A stretch of DNA of 50,644 nt from Pseudolactococcus plantarum (lineage in GTDB: Bacteria; Bacillota; Bacilli; Lactobacillales; Streptococcaceae). A program made the translations under genes and the position numbers. The stretch lies in the NCBI GenBank assembly GCA_030454995.1, contig JAKDQI010000001.1, forward strand, positions 1 to 50,644, read 5' to 3'. Below, piece by piece: positions 32,006 to 42,624 of the stretch. How positions within the stretch are numbered: position 1 is the first letter of the stretch; each line of letters opens with the position of its first letter. The notes beneath the pieces are model-generated. The model was not told where the DNA came from. It worked only from the letters and a program-made list of their open reading frames with translations, and made no database searches.

Positions 32006-33711
32006 TAGTCCTCGCTTCCTTTCTGTGTATTATAAATTTCACGATAAACTTCACTGCTTTCAAGGAGCTCTTTATGTGTCCCCATTCCGATTAATTTCCC
32101 ATCATCTAGAACTAAAATTTTATCAGCATGAACAACCGATGAAATTTTTTGGGCAATAATAATTTTCGTTGTATCTGCAAGTTCTCCTGCTAATGCTTGT
32201 TGAACCAGTTTTTCAGATTTAGCATCTAAAGCCGATGTTGAATCATCTAAAATCAATATTTTAGGATTTCCAATCACACCACGCGCGATAGACATCCGTT
32301 GTTTTTGACCACCTGAAAAATTTGTAGCACGCTCTTCAACAGAACTTTCATAGACATCTGACATTTTTTCGATAAACTCACTTGCTTGTGCAATTGAACT
32401 TGCTCGTCTCATATCATCCAGTGTTGCGTCAACTTTACCATGTTTTAAATTCTGTGCAATCGTACCTGAAAATAAGATGGCACGTTGTAACACGATAGAA
32501 ACCGTGTGACGTAAGTTAGCACGATTCAAATCACGTAAATCATGACCACTAATTGTAATTGAGCCTTTACTTGGATCAAACAGTCTTGGTATTAACTGTG
32601 CTAGTGTGGACTTACCAGAACCTGTGGCACCGACAACCCCTACCATCTCACCTGCTTTAACACTAAATGAAATATTTTCAAGTGTTGCTTCCTCATCTAG
32701 TGGATAAGTAAAGCTAACATTATGAAATTCAATATCACCTGTCAAATCAACATCTGGCGTATCTTTAAACGTCATCGCTGGCTCTGTATTTAATACCTCA
32801 CCGATTCTTTTAAGAGAGATAAACGCACGTGATGCCATCATCGACATCATACCACCCATGATAATCGCAAACATAATTTGCATCATATAAGTCATAAATG
32901 ACGCAATACCGGCTAAATCTTTTGGTTCTTTTTGAACATAAGTAGAGACAAACCAAATCGCTGCAAAAATTGCGATATATGCGGCAAATGTAAAGGCTGG
33001 AATCATCGCTGAGAAGATATAGCTAATTACCAAATTATGGCCTAACAGTTCATCTGAGCTCTCATCAAATTTTGCTGCCTGTTCTTTTTCTTGTACAAAT
33101 GATTTTACAACCCTAGTACCACGGAGATTTTCTTTTGCAATACCATTTAACTTATCCATCAATCTTTGGAAGGCGCCAAAGTGTTTACCCATGTTACCCA
33201 TCGCAGCACCTGTAATTAAGATAATCACGATGACTAGGACGACAATAATCCACCAAAGTTTTGGCAAAGTTTGAATGGCTAATACAAAAGCACCGACAAA
33301 TAAAAGTGGCACACGTAATAAGATTTGAAATAAAATCATGATCAGGTTCATCACCTGATTGACATCATTTGTCATCCGAACAACTAAATTACCTGCATTA
33401 AATTTCTCTATATTTGCATAAGAAAAACTTTGAATTTTCCTAAAAGTCTGCTCTCTCAAATCAGCAGATACGCCTTGGGCAATTTTTGCAGCAAAAATTG
33501 TATTGATAACACCCGCGATTAGTCCAATCGCCGCTATAATCAGGAGTTGGATACCATATCCCATTATTTTGTCTTTGTCATTATTAGAGACAGCTTCTAG
33601 TACTTTAGTCAAGATTTGTGGTTGCCAAAGCGTTGTACCAACAACTAAGATAACCATAGCTAAAGATCCCAAAGCCCAGAATTTGTACTGTTTTATTGCT
33701 TTAATTAGCAT
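32005..33711 (-). CDS. lmrC: Heterodimeric multidrug ABC exporter, LmrC/PatA-like subunit
   Basis: TMD plus NBD; [17 protein letters not shown], degenerate Walker B ILDDSTS and IAQK switch. Start moved to ATG 33711, which has SD AAAGGAAG. Confidence 0.8.
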   Translation of the reverse strand: MLIKAIKQYKFWALGSLAMVILVVGTTLWQPQILTKVLEAVSNNDKDKIMGYGIQLLIIAAIGLIAGVINTIFAAKIAQGVSADLREQTFRKIQSFSYANIEKFNAGNLVVRMTNDVNQVMNLIMILFQILLRVPLLFVGAFVLAIQTLPKLWWIIVVLVIVIILITGAAMGNMGKHFGAFQRLMDKLNGIAKENLRGTRVVKSFVQEKEQAAKFDESSDELLGHNLVISYIFSAMIPAFTFAAYIAIFAAIWFVSTYVQKEPKDLAGIASFMTYMMQIMFAIIMGGMMSMMASRAFISLKRIGEVLNTEPAMTFKDTPDVDLTGDIEFHNVSFTYPLDEEATLENISFSVKAGEMVGVVGATGSGKSTLAQLIPRLFDPSKGSITISGHDLRDLNRANLRHTVSIVLQRAILFSGTIAQNLKHGKVDATLDDMRRASSIAQASEFIEKMSDVYESSVEERATNFSGGQKQRMSIARGVIGNPKILILDDSTSALDAKSEKLVQQALAGELADTTKIIIAQKISSVVHADKILVLDDGKLIGMGTHKELLESSEVYREIYNTQKGSED

Positions 33712-33780
33712 GTTACTTCCTTTCACTTTTATATCACCCACCTATTCATCACAGTAGTTGATATCTCTTTTAAATAAATT

Positions 33781-33827
33781 AGGGCTACCCACCCGTATAA
33801 CTTACTCGGACTGATAGCTCTTTTTTT
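33781..33827 (-). promoter_or_regulatory. Attenuator-like hairpin in the lmrC 5' leader
   Basis: Minus-strand AGAGCUAUC-AGUCCG...CGGGUG-GGUAGCCCU stem. The G-U pairs of the inner stem favour the minus-strand RNA. Lies about 70 nt upstream of the start. Confidence 0.45.
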
Positions 33828-33997
33828 ATAATGTCACATCAATTTGTTAGATTTTAGGGGATAGATATCATAATACCATCACAACCTGGATAAACAAATT
33901 CAAGTGCCCCAATCATTTTAACATATTATCAAATTGTTTCCTTTGTTAAAGTATGAAACATTCAAAAATTGTCCCACCATATGTTATACTATAGACT

Positions 33998-35194
33998 ATG
34001 AATAATTCAAGATATCAAGATCTCAAGTTAGCAGAAAGAGGCGCACTTCTCAGTATCTGGGCATATGTCATTCTTTCTGTTATCAAACTAACGTTTGCAA
34101 CGATGACAAACTCTGAAAGTCTGCGTGCTGATGCTTTTAATAATATCACAGATATTTTAGGTAGTGTCTTCGTACTAATTGGTCTAAAAATAGCACGAAG
34201 ACCGGCTGATGATGATCATACCTACGGCCACTGGAAAATCGAGTCTGTTGCCTCATTAGTCACAAGTTTTATCATGTTCGGTGTTGGTTTTTTCGTTCTT
34301 AAAGATACTGTCACAGCTATTTTAAGTAATGAAAAAACTAAAGTAGACCTTGTCGGATCTGTCGTAGGTGTAGCCTGTGCGGCGGTCATGCTTGTGATCT
34401 ACTTTTATAATCGTAACCTAGCGATTAAAGCTAAAAGTTCTAGTCTGATGAGTGCGGCAAAGGATAATTTAGCCGATGCTGTTTCATCTATCGCAACGTC
34501 TATCGCAATTTTTGCAGCAAGTTTTAATCTGACTTTCATTGATAGGTTAATGGCAATTGTCATTACTGTTTTCATCTTTAAAACTGCTTATGATATTTTT
34601 GCTGAGGCAGTATTTTCACTCTCAGATGGGTTTGACGAATCAAAAATAGAAACTTATACTGAAGCAATAGCGAAAGTCCCTAAGGTCTCAGCGGTTAAAT
34701 TCATCCGAGGGAGAACATATGGTAGTAATATCTTTTTAGATGTTGTGGTAGAAATGTCTCCCGACTTATCTGTCTTTGAAAGTCATGCTGCGACTGAGGA
34801 TATAGAAGAAACTCTAAAACAACAATATGATGTATTTGATATCGATGTACACGTGGAACCTGCTATCTTAGCCGATGAAGAAAGAGACTCAACTTTGGCA
34901 CTTGTTATTTTAGGGTTAGAAGAGCAAGTCTTAAATAACAAGTCGTCAGAGTTATTAGCTGACACTTTCTCAGAAATTAGTTCTGATGGGACACAACTAA
35001 ACAAACAGACCAAGCTAAAAGAGGTACATCAACAATTAGCGATTGCTGGATATAAAGCCCAGCGACTCTCTAAAAAAACATTTGTCGTCACTTATCATTA
35101 CTATGAAGCTGAACAAACAGTTTATGTTACAAGTATCTGGCGAAGACACACACAATGGTATTGCCAAGCGCGCCAACTTACGAAAAAAACCTGA
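33998..35194 (+). CDS. mntE: Cation diffusion facilitator, MntE-like manganese efflux transporter
   Basis: SLRADAFNNITD (N...D in TM2), PADDDHTYGHWK, KDNLAD (TM5), DVHVEP; extended C-terminus typical of streptococcal MntE. Confidence 0.75.
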   Translation: MNNSRYQDLKLAERGALLSIWAYVILSVIKLTFATMTNSESLRADAFNNITDILGSVFVLIGLKIARRPADDDHTYGHWKIESVASLVTSFIMFGVGFFVLKDTVTAILSNEKTKVDLVGSVVGVACAAVMLVIYFYNRNLAIKAKSSSLMSAAKDNLADAVSSIATSIAIFAASFNLTFIDRLMAIVITVFIFKTAYDIFAEAVFSLSDGFDESKIETYTEAIAKVPKVSAVKFIRGRTYGSNIFLDVVVEMSPDLSVFESHAATEDIEETLKQQYDVFDIDVHVEPAILADEERDSTLALVILGLEEQVLNNKSSELLADTFSEISSDGTQLNKQTKLKEVHQQLAIAGYKAQRLSKKTFVVTYHYYEAEQTVYVTSIWRRHTQWYCQARQLTKKT

Positions 35195-35210
35195 TAAAAT
35201 CAGGTTTTTT
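35183..35210. terminator. Bidirectional terminator between mntE and tpx
   Basis: AAAAAAACCTGAT-AAA-ATCAGGTTTTTT. Confidence 0.7.
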
Positions 35211-35238
35211 ATTTGCTATCAAGTGTTAAACTAGTGCC

Positions 35239-35727
35239 TTATTTAGTATCAATTGCTGCGTTTGCAACAGCAAGTGCTTTATCGTAATCAGGTTCTTGCG
35301 TGATTTCACTCAAGATTTCAGCATAGATAATTTCCCCCGCCTTAATAACATATACACTACGTGCCAATAATTTAGCTTTTGGTAAAAATAGACCATACAA
35401 ATCACCAAACTCATTTTTTGCATCAGATAAAATCGTCATATCAACACCTTCTGCTGCACACCATGTTGCTTGTTCTTCAGGTGTATTATTTGAAATCGAT
35501 AGAAAAGAGATTGCTTTATTCTCAGCAGCAGCTACATTAAAATGTTTAGTTTGCAAAGCACAAACACTCGTATTAATATCTGGAAAGACACTAATAATAA
35601 TCGGATCAGTCAATTCTGATAACTTGACTGTCTGATTAGCTAAATCAGTTAACTGAAAATCTGGTGCTGCTCCAGTTGTTAGCGGATTAATCTCATCAAA
35701 AACTTCACCATGTCTTGTAATAATCAT
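35239..35727 (-). CDS. tpx: Thiol peroxidase (atypical 2-Cys peroxiredoxin)
   Basis: APDFQL, SVFPDINTSVCALQT (PxxxTxxC), WCAAEG, LARSVYV, EPDYD. Confidence 0.9.
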   Translation of the reverse strand: MIITRHGEVFDEINPLTTGAAPDFQLTDLANQTVKLSELTDPIIISVFPDINTSVCALQTKHFNVAAAENKAISFLSISNNTPEEQATWCAAEGVDMTILSDAKNEFGDLYGLFLPKAKLLARSVYVIKAGEIIYAEILSEITQEPDYDKALAVANAAIDTK

Positions 35728-35765
35728 TTATCTTCTCCATTCTTTTTTTTCATTATAATACAAAA

Positions 35766-35789
35766 TCGTTTGAGTATACACTCAAACGA
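35766..35789 (-). terminator. Terminator hairpin after pgi
   Basis: TCGTTTGAGT-ATAC-ACTCAAACGA followed by TTTT on the minus strand. Confidence 0.6.
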
Positions 35790-35816
35790 CTTGCACATTT
35801 TTTTTACTATTATTAC

Positions 35817-37166
35817 TTATTTCAAACGTGCATTTAATTCTGCACTGAGTTCCTCAAATCCTGGTTTTCCAAGTAAAGCAAACATATTTTTCTTGTAAGC
35901 CTCTACTCCTGGTTGGTCAAATGGATTAACACCATTTAGGTAACCTGATAGACCAATGGCAATCTCGAAGAAATAGATGAGGTAACCAAGTGTAAATTCA
36001 TCTTGTTTTTTAATTGTTACAACAGAATTAGGCACGCCACCATCTGTATGGGCAAGTAATACACCCTCAAATGCTTTTGTATTCACATAGTTCACATCTT
36101 TACCTTCTAGATACCCAAGACCATCTAAATCTTCAGCTTCTGTTGGGATATTGATATTTAATGTAGGCTCTTCAACTTTAATGACTGTTTCAAACAAGTT
36201 ACGGCTACCTTCTTGGATAGACTGTCCAATTGAGTGCAAATCAGTTGAGAAGTTAGCTGATGTTGGATAGATACCTTTGTAATCTTTTCCTTCAGATTCA
36301 CCTGCTAATTGTTTCCACCATTCACCAAAATACTGTAATGACGGTTCATAGTTAGCCAAGATTTCAATTGTTTTACCTTTACGGAAAAGAATATTACGAA
36401 GTACAGCATATTGATAAGCTTCATTTTTTTTCAAATCAGATGAGCTATATGCTTCACGAGCTGCTGCTGCACCATCCATCAAGGCTTGGATATCAGCACC
36501 ACTTGCTGCGATTGGCAAAAGACCAACTGGTGTTAACACTGTAAAACGCCCACCGACAGCATCTGGAACGACAAATGATTCCCAGCCTTCAGCATCTGCT
36601 TGAACTTTAACAGCACCTTTAGCTTTATCAGTTGTTGCATAAATACGGCCATTTGCTTCTTCAGTTCCATATTTTTTGATAAGCATTTCTTTAAACACAC
36701 GAAATGCGATAGCTGGTTCTGTTGTTGTACCTGATTTTGAAATGACATTTACAGAGAAATCTTTGTCACCCACATAGTCAACTAATTGCGCTAAGTAAGT
36801 TGATGAAATTGAGTTACCTGCGTACAAAATTTGTGGTGCTTTACGTTTTTCTTTTGTATCTAAGTTAACAAATGAACTATTTAAAAAGTCGATAGCCGCT
36901 TTTGCACCAAGGTATGATCCACCAATACCGATGACAATCAATACATCACTATCAGATTTGATTTTTTCTGCTGATTTTAGAATACGATCAAATTCATTTT
37001 TATCATAATCTTTTGGTAAATCAATCCAACCAGTAAAATCCGCTCCCTGACCTGTACCTTCACGTAATGCGGCATCAAACGCCGTTACTGCAGGCTGCAT
37101 ATAATCAAACTCGTGCTGACCTACGAAAGATAACGCTGTTTTATAATCAAATTTTAGATGTGACAT
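35817..37166 (-). CDS. pgi: Glucose-6-phosphate isomerase
   Basis: [47 protein letters not shown]. Confidence 0.97.
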   Translation of the reverse strand: MSHLKFDYKTALSFVGQHEFDYMQPAVTAFDAALREGTGQGADFTGWIDLPKDYDKNEFDRILKSAEKIKSDSDVLIVIGIGGSYLGAKAAIDFLNSSFVNLDTKEKRKAPQILYAGNSISSTYLAQLVDYVGDKDFSVNVISKSGTTTEPAIAFRVFKEMLIKKYGTEEANGRIYATTDKAKGAVKVQADAEGWESFVVPDAVGGRFTVLTPVGLLPIAASGADIQALMDGAAAAREAYSSSDLKKNEAYQYAVLRNILFRKGKTIEILANYEPSLQYFGEWWKQLAGESEGKDYKGIYPTSANFSTDLHSIGQSIQEGSRNLFETVIKVEEPTLNINIPTEAEDLDGLGYLEGKDVNYVNTKAFEGVLLAHTDGGVPNSVVTIKKQDEFTLGYLIYFFEIAIGLSGYLNGVNPFDQPGVEAYKKNMFALLGKPGFEELSAELNARLK

Positions 37167-37242
37167 AGTTTCTCCTTAATCATTTGTGTGCGCGCACACG
37201 TTCCTAATAGCGCTAATACGCTAACTCAATTTTTTAGCTTCT

Positions 37243-37256
37243 TGATAGTGCTTTCA
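37243..37256. promoter_or_regulatory. cre-like (CcpA) site in the pgi leader
   Basis: TGAAAGCACTATCA (minus strand), one mismatch to TGWNANCGNTNWCA. Confidence 0.4.
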
Positions 37257-37276
37257 CTAAAAAATCAATCTGCCTT

Positions 37277-37305
37277 ATTCTACCGCGTTTTTCGTATTTT
37301 TTCAA
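37277..37305 (-). promoter_or_regulatory. Sigma70-type promoter of pgi
   Basis: Minus strand TTGAAA-N17-TAGAAT. Confidence 0.65.
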
Positions 37306-37408
37306 GAATTTACTCAATAATTTATCGATAAATATTTACTCCTTATGATGCATCTTCTGTTTCACACTATTTGCACTCATCATGACAGTTTACAAGACCA
37401 TAATTAGC

Positions 37409-37436
37409 AAAAAAATTATCCGAAGATAATTTTTTT
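37409..37436 (-). terminator. Terminator of the ABC-PASTA operon
   Basis: AAAAAATTATC-CGAA-GATAATTTTTT, 16 nt after the stop. Confidence 0.65.
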
Positions 37437-37452
37437 ACTGACTCAACACTAT

Positions 37453-38850
37453 TTAACTTTTTCCGTTACTCACCATCACGATAACATGACTATTTAGTGG
37501 GACAGCTTCATTTAAAGTGCTTTGCCCAACCACGACACCTTTTGTCTCAGTGCTATCGACATATTGTACTTGATACGTAATCGATGCGCCTTTAGCTGTA
37601 TAGTCATTATAGAACGTAGCCTGCAAATCGCCTTGCGTTTGTCCAGTTAAATCTTTGATATAAACTTGACCTAATGAAAAGTCCACAGAGATATTTGGGA
37701 CATTATCTTTAGCAAAGTACTGGGTGCCAGCACGCGTTGATTGATTGATAAATCCACCATAAGCTACCGACTCACTATACACTTGTTTCACAGTAACAGG
37801 TAATTCTTTTCCAGCAGCACTCGCTTCTTCAAAACTAAGCACTGAAAAATCAGGGACAATCAAAGGTTTACCAAGTGACCGTTTGACAATTATCGTATCT
37901 GCTTTTGATACTTTTTCCCCTTTAGCAACCGACTGAGCGATGACCTTATCTGCCTCAACTGTGTTACTGCCCTCAGTTTGAAAGTCTATTTTAACGCCTT
38001 TATCCTTACTCCACTTGTCTATCTGCTCTTTTGTTTGCGTTGAAAAATCTGGGACATCAATATTTTTGACAACAGGCTCTTTTCCTTTTGAATAAAACAG
38101 TGTTAAGTTGTCTTCTCTCTTAAAATTTTCAGAGGTGAGCGATTGTTTCACAAATTCTTGTTTGATATAGTTATCTTTTGCAATCGTTTCTGAATAGTCC
38201 AACTGAATTATCGTATTATCCAGCTTCACTTTTTTAACAAACCCGCGTGCCTGTGCTAAAGAGAGTTTTGAAAAATCAGGTAGCTTAATTTTTGTTTTAG
38301 GATTTGCACCCAAACTGACAATCAAATCAACTACCTTTTTCTTTGCAATCACTTTATGTTTATCAGGTTCTTTGATGATCGTATTCACTTTTTTATCAAA
38401 ATCATAGACACGCTTCACATCTAAGGTTATCTTATGTTTATCGGCCCAAGTTTGTGCTGTACTGACTGATTTACCCGTAAAATCAGGTAACTTAATATGT
38501 GTTTGATTATAGTAAAACCCACAAATACAACCCCAAATCAAAAGCGTGACTGCACCAAAACATAGACGTTTTAGCAGTTTCTTTTTTGCAAAAGCAGTAT
38601 CTTTAACGAGTAAGTCATCGCTTACTATTTTAACCGTCTCCTTAGCAGCAAGATTCGCAACCATTTTGTCGTTGGATGTAACCTGTTTTGCCTCAACAGC
38701 ATTCTCGTCAACTTGCTTTTTGTGAAACACTTCAGACTCTTCTTGCTCACCTATTGCTTGACTATCTACTAAATCAGATGATTTTTTTTGATCTTTGGCT
38801 GTCTTGTTTTGATAATTATCAGATGTAAAATTAGATAAAAAATTACTCAT
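37453..38850 (-). CDS. Single-pass membrane protein with about 5 tandem PASTA repeats and no catalytic domain
   Basis: Charged N-terminal region of about 90 aa, KKKLLKR then a TM, then repeats starting LPDFTG, LPDFSK, VPDFST, VPDFSV, IKDLTG and ending VSLG, YSKG, RSLG, FSLG, VSNG. Confidence 0.85.
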   Translation of the reverse strand: MSNFLSNFTSDNYQNKTAKDQKKSSDLVDSQAIGEQEESEVFHKKQVDENAVEAKQVTSNDKMVANLAAKETVKIVSDDLLVKDTAFAKKKLLKRLCFGAVTLLIWGCICGFYYNQTHIKLPDFTGKSVSTAQTWADKHKITLDVKRVYDFDKKVNTIIKEPDKHKVIAKKKVVDLIVSLGANPKTKIKLPDFSKLSLAQARGFVKKVKLDNTIIQLDYSETIAKDNYIKQEFVKQSLTSENFKREDNLTLFYSKGKEPVVKNIDVPDFSTQTKEQIDKWSKDKGVKIDFQTEGSNTVEADKVIAQSVAKGEKVSKADTIIVKRSLGKPLIVPDFSVLSFEEASAAGKELPVTVKQVYSESVAYGGFINQSTRAGTQYFAKDNVPNISVDFSLGQVYIKDLTGQTQGDLQATFYNDYTAKGASITYQVQYVDSTETKGVVVGQSTLNEAVPLNSHVIVMVSNGKS

Positions 38851-39523
38851 GTGTCAAGTTTCCTTTTTTAAGACGGTAAGTAATATCAGACTTTTTAGCT
38901 ACTTCTTGTGAATGTGTGACAACGATTACCGCTTTCCCATTTTCATGAGCTAACCGTTGAAATATCTCGACAATCTCACCCTCTCGTTCCTCATCAAGAT
39001 TTCCTGTTGGTTCATCAGCTAAAATCACATCACTATTTGTTGCTAATGCACGAGCAATTGCGATTCTTTGTTGTTCCCCTCCAGATAATTTACTGACTAA
39101 TCGATCTGCTTTATCTCGTGTGATCCCGATATAATCCAAAAGATTATAAGCAACAGCTTTTTGATCTTCAGGTAACTGGTTATCTGTAATCGTCATCGCT
39201 ACCAATACATTTTCTGCAGCTGTGAGATATGGCACTAAATTATTATTTTGAAAAATAATAGATACTTTGTTTCTTCTATAATTCTCAAAGCCAATTTGCC
39301 TTATATCTTGCTGATCAAAAAGTACTTCTCCTGCTTTAGCACTATCTAAACCCGCAATCATCGATAGTAATGTCGTCTTGCCGGATCCAGATTCTCCTAC
39401 TATCGTATAAAATTTCCCTATTTCAAAGTTGACGGAAATATCACGTAAGATATAACGTTGCATATCGCCATCTTGATAAAAATAACTCAATGCTTGTGTT
39501 TCAATAATAGACATAATCATCAC
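38843..39523 (-). CDS. ABC transporter ATP-binding protein (LolD/MacB/FtsE type)
   Basis: [43 protein letters not shown] overlap with the upstream permease stop; alternative ATGs at 39520 and 39514. Confidence 0.92.
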   Translation of the reverse strand: MMIMSIIETQALSYFYQDGDMQRYILRDISVNFEIGKFYTIVGESGSGKTTLLSMIAGLDSAKAGEVLFDQQDIRQIGFENYRRNKVSIIFQNNNLVPYLTAAENVLVAMTITDNQLPEDQKAVAYNLLDYIGITRDKADRLVSKLSGGEQQRIAIARALATNSDVILADEPTGNLDEEREGEIVEIFQRLAHENGKAVIVVTHSQEVAKKSDITYRLKKGNLTHE

Positions 39524-41115
39524 CCCAATAAGATTTTTTTAGGCTTTAATTTAAATATATAAAGCGTTGAGAGTAGTACGGATATCATAACAGTCGCTAA
39601 TCCAACCAATAAGTATGTAACGATATAGAACGGTGTAAAAGATACCGAATAATTTTCAAGCACTGACTCAGCACTAAAACGATTACCCGTGCTAAATAGC
39701 GCTTGTTGACTCATCATATCACCTATCGTGTCAGTATTAGTTTTAGCTACACTATTTGATTGTAAAAAGGCATCAGAGGCAAAACTACCTAAAAATTTAC
39801 CTGTTACTAATGACAGCATCAAGGCAATGATTGCGATGGTAAGCACTTCTATCATGATCTGTAAGATAATCGTTGATTTTTTATCTCCAAGTGACAGATA
39901 AATCCCTAATTCTCGTTTACGATCACGCATAAATAGCAAAACAATCAGTAAAATCAAGATGATAGATAAACTTACTGCAGCAATAATCACAACTTTAGCA
40001 ATTTTTGATAATTTGCTAAACTGACCCGCAATCGTATCAAAATTATCTGTTGAGGTCATCACTGAATAAAACTTAGGTAATAAAGGTTTGGTATCCGCTT
40101 TAAACTTAGCGAGATCATCGATTGATTTTAGTTGATAAACTGGTACATAAAATGGCTTAGCAGATTCTGCTAACTCTTTTTCACTCATATCAGAAAATAG
40201 TCCAGGACTTTTAGTTGTTAAAAAACCCATGTAGCCTTGATTCATCTCATGTACGGTTTTGTTGGGCATATAAAACGTGTTATACATTTGAAAATCTAAT
40301 CCGTCTTCTCCATTACTCCCACTGATAGACGCAGCATGCACAACTGAACCACTATCTGCTTTACTAGATTTGCCAGATTTACCAGATTTTTTTTGTACAG
40401 TTTCTAATACTTGGTAGAGCCCTACTACTTCGACTTGTGTATCATATGTTTCTTTGTCACTGGTATCATTTGGATTTTCATTCATCTCTCCTGACATGAT
40501 GAGCTGATCTATTGTCATCTCATCACCAACATGGAGACCATTTTTACTAGCAAATTCTTTCGAAATTAAAACAACTTTGTTCCCTTTTTGGATATCTTCT
40601 TCAGTAAATACACTACCTTCTACCAGCTTAATTTTATTAAGTGAGATATCCATAATTTTTGGATTTTGTACACCACGAATAGGAATGAACTGTTCCATGA
40701 GGGTAAAACCACCAGCCTTATCCTCAGTCTTATCATCTGCCTTATCTTTTTTATCTCCCGAAGGATTAAAGAGTTTTAGATTTTTAGACTGAAACCCTGA
40801 CGATTCAGAATAATCATAGTATTTGATATAGGGACTAGCACCTACTTTTTTTATCAGCTTAACATCTAAATTAGTCTCCATATCAGGACTTGGATCTTCA
40901 AATTCTTTTTGTATCTCTTTATCATTCCAATCTATCCCAACAGTTGCGATAGCACCCATCTGTTCTTTGGTTATTTTTTCAACATGCTGAGTAGATTGCT
41001 GAATGATGACACTACCAGCTAAAATATTACCTAATACAAAGATCACTGTAAACAAGATAAGTGATTTGGATTTCTGTCTTGCAACAGAGCGTATGGCGCG
41101 TTTTAAAAAATTCAT
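39520..41115 (-). CDS. ABC transporter permease, MacB/FtsX (type VII) family
   Basis: MNFLKRAIRS amphipathic start, TM1, large extracytoplasmic domain, RKRELGIYLSLG coupling motif, three C-terminal TM segments, KPKKIL end. Start moved to ATG 41115, which has SD AAGGAG. Confidence 0.88.
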   Translation of the reverse strand: MNFLKRAIRSVARQKSKSLILFTVIFVLGNILAGSVIIQQSTQHVEKITKEQMGAIATVGIDWNDKEIQKEFEDPSPDMETNLDVKLIKKVGASPYIKYYDYSESSGFQSKNLKLFNPSGDKKDKADDKTEDKAGGFTLMEQFIPIRGVQNPKIMDISLNKIKLVEGSVFTEEDIQKGNKVVLISKEFASKNGLHVGDEMTIDQLIMSGEMNENPNDTSDKETYDTQVEVVGLYQVLETVQKKSGKSGKSSKADSGSVVHAASISGSNGEDGLDFQMYNTFYMPNKTVHEMNQGYMGFLTTKSPGLFSDMSEKELAESAKPFYVPVYQLKSIDDLAKFKADTKPLLPKFYSVMTSTDNFDTIAGQFSKLSKIAKVVIIAAVSLSIILILLIVLLFMRDRKRELGIYLSLGDKKSTIILQIMIEVLTIAIIALMLSLVTGKFLGSFASDAFLQSNSVAKTNTDTIGDMMSQQALFSTGNRFSAESVLENYSVSFTPFYIVTYLLVGLATVMISVLLSTLYIFKLKPKKILLG

Positions 41116-41372
41116 ATGTCTCCTTTGACCTGTAGTTGGGACCAAGTCTATCGAAATTAGTGAGTTAATCTTTTGTTATCAACCAAATGATACTGCTTAT
41201 ATATTATATTGACTGATTTTATTATATCATAATTCTTTCTTTTTAATTATATTGCATTTGCAGTTTTTTTTATAATTCAGGGTATATTATGGTTTAGCTA
41301 CTAGTAGAAACAAGGTTTATTACTTAACTATGACACGTTTTTTTATAAAGCCTAAGCATGAGGCATACTTAA

Positions 41373-42593
<1,221 letters not shown>

Positions 42594-42594
42594 A

Positions 42595-42624
42595 ATAAGT
42601 TGATGTACCAAAGCATCAACTTAT
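42595..42624 (+). terminator. Hairpin immediately after the flavoprotein stop
   Basis: ATAAGTTGATG / CATCAACTTAT perfect 11-bp stem; weak U-tract. Confidence 0.5.

Noticed and set aside
30101-33711. Degenerate ABC motifs (FSTGQ, ILDD, IAQK) as signs of pseudogenisation
   Set aside because: These asymmetric sites are the normal hallmark of LmrCD/PatAB/TM287-288 heterodimeric exporters.
40360-40395. Short tandem repeat (CCAGATTT) in the ABC permease
   Set aside because: It encodes an in-frame low-complexity KSGKSGKS linker. Too short to be a contingency locus or repeat array.
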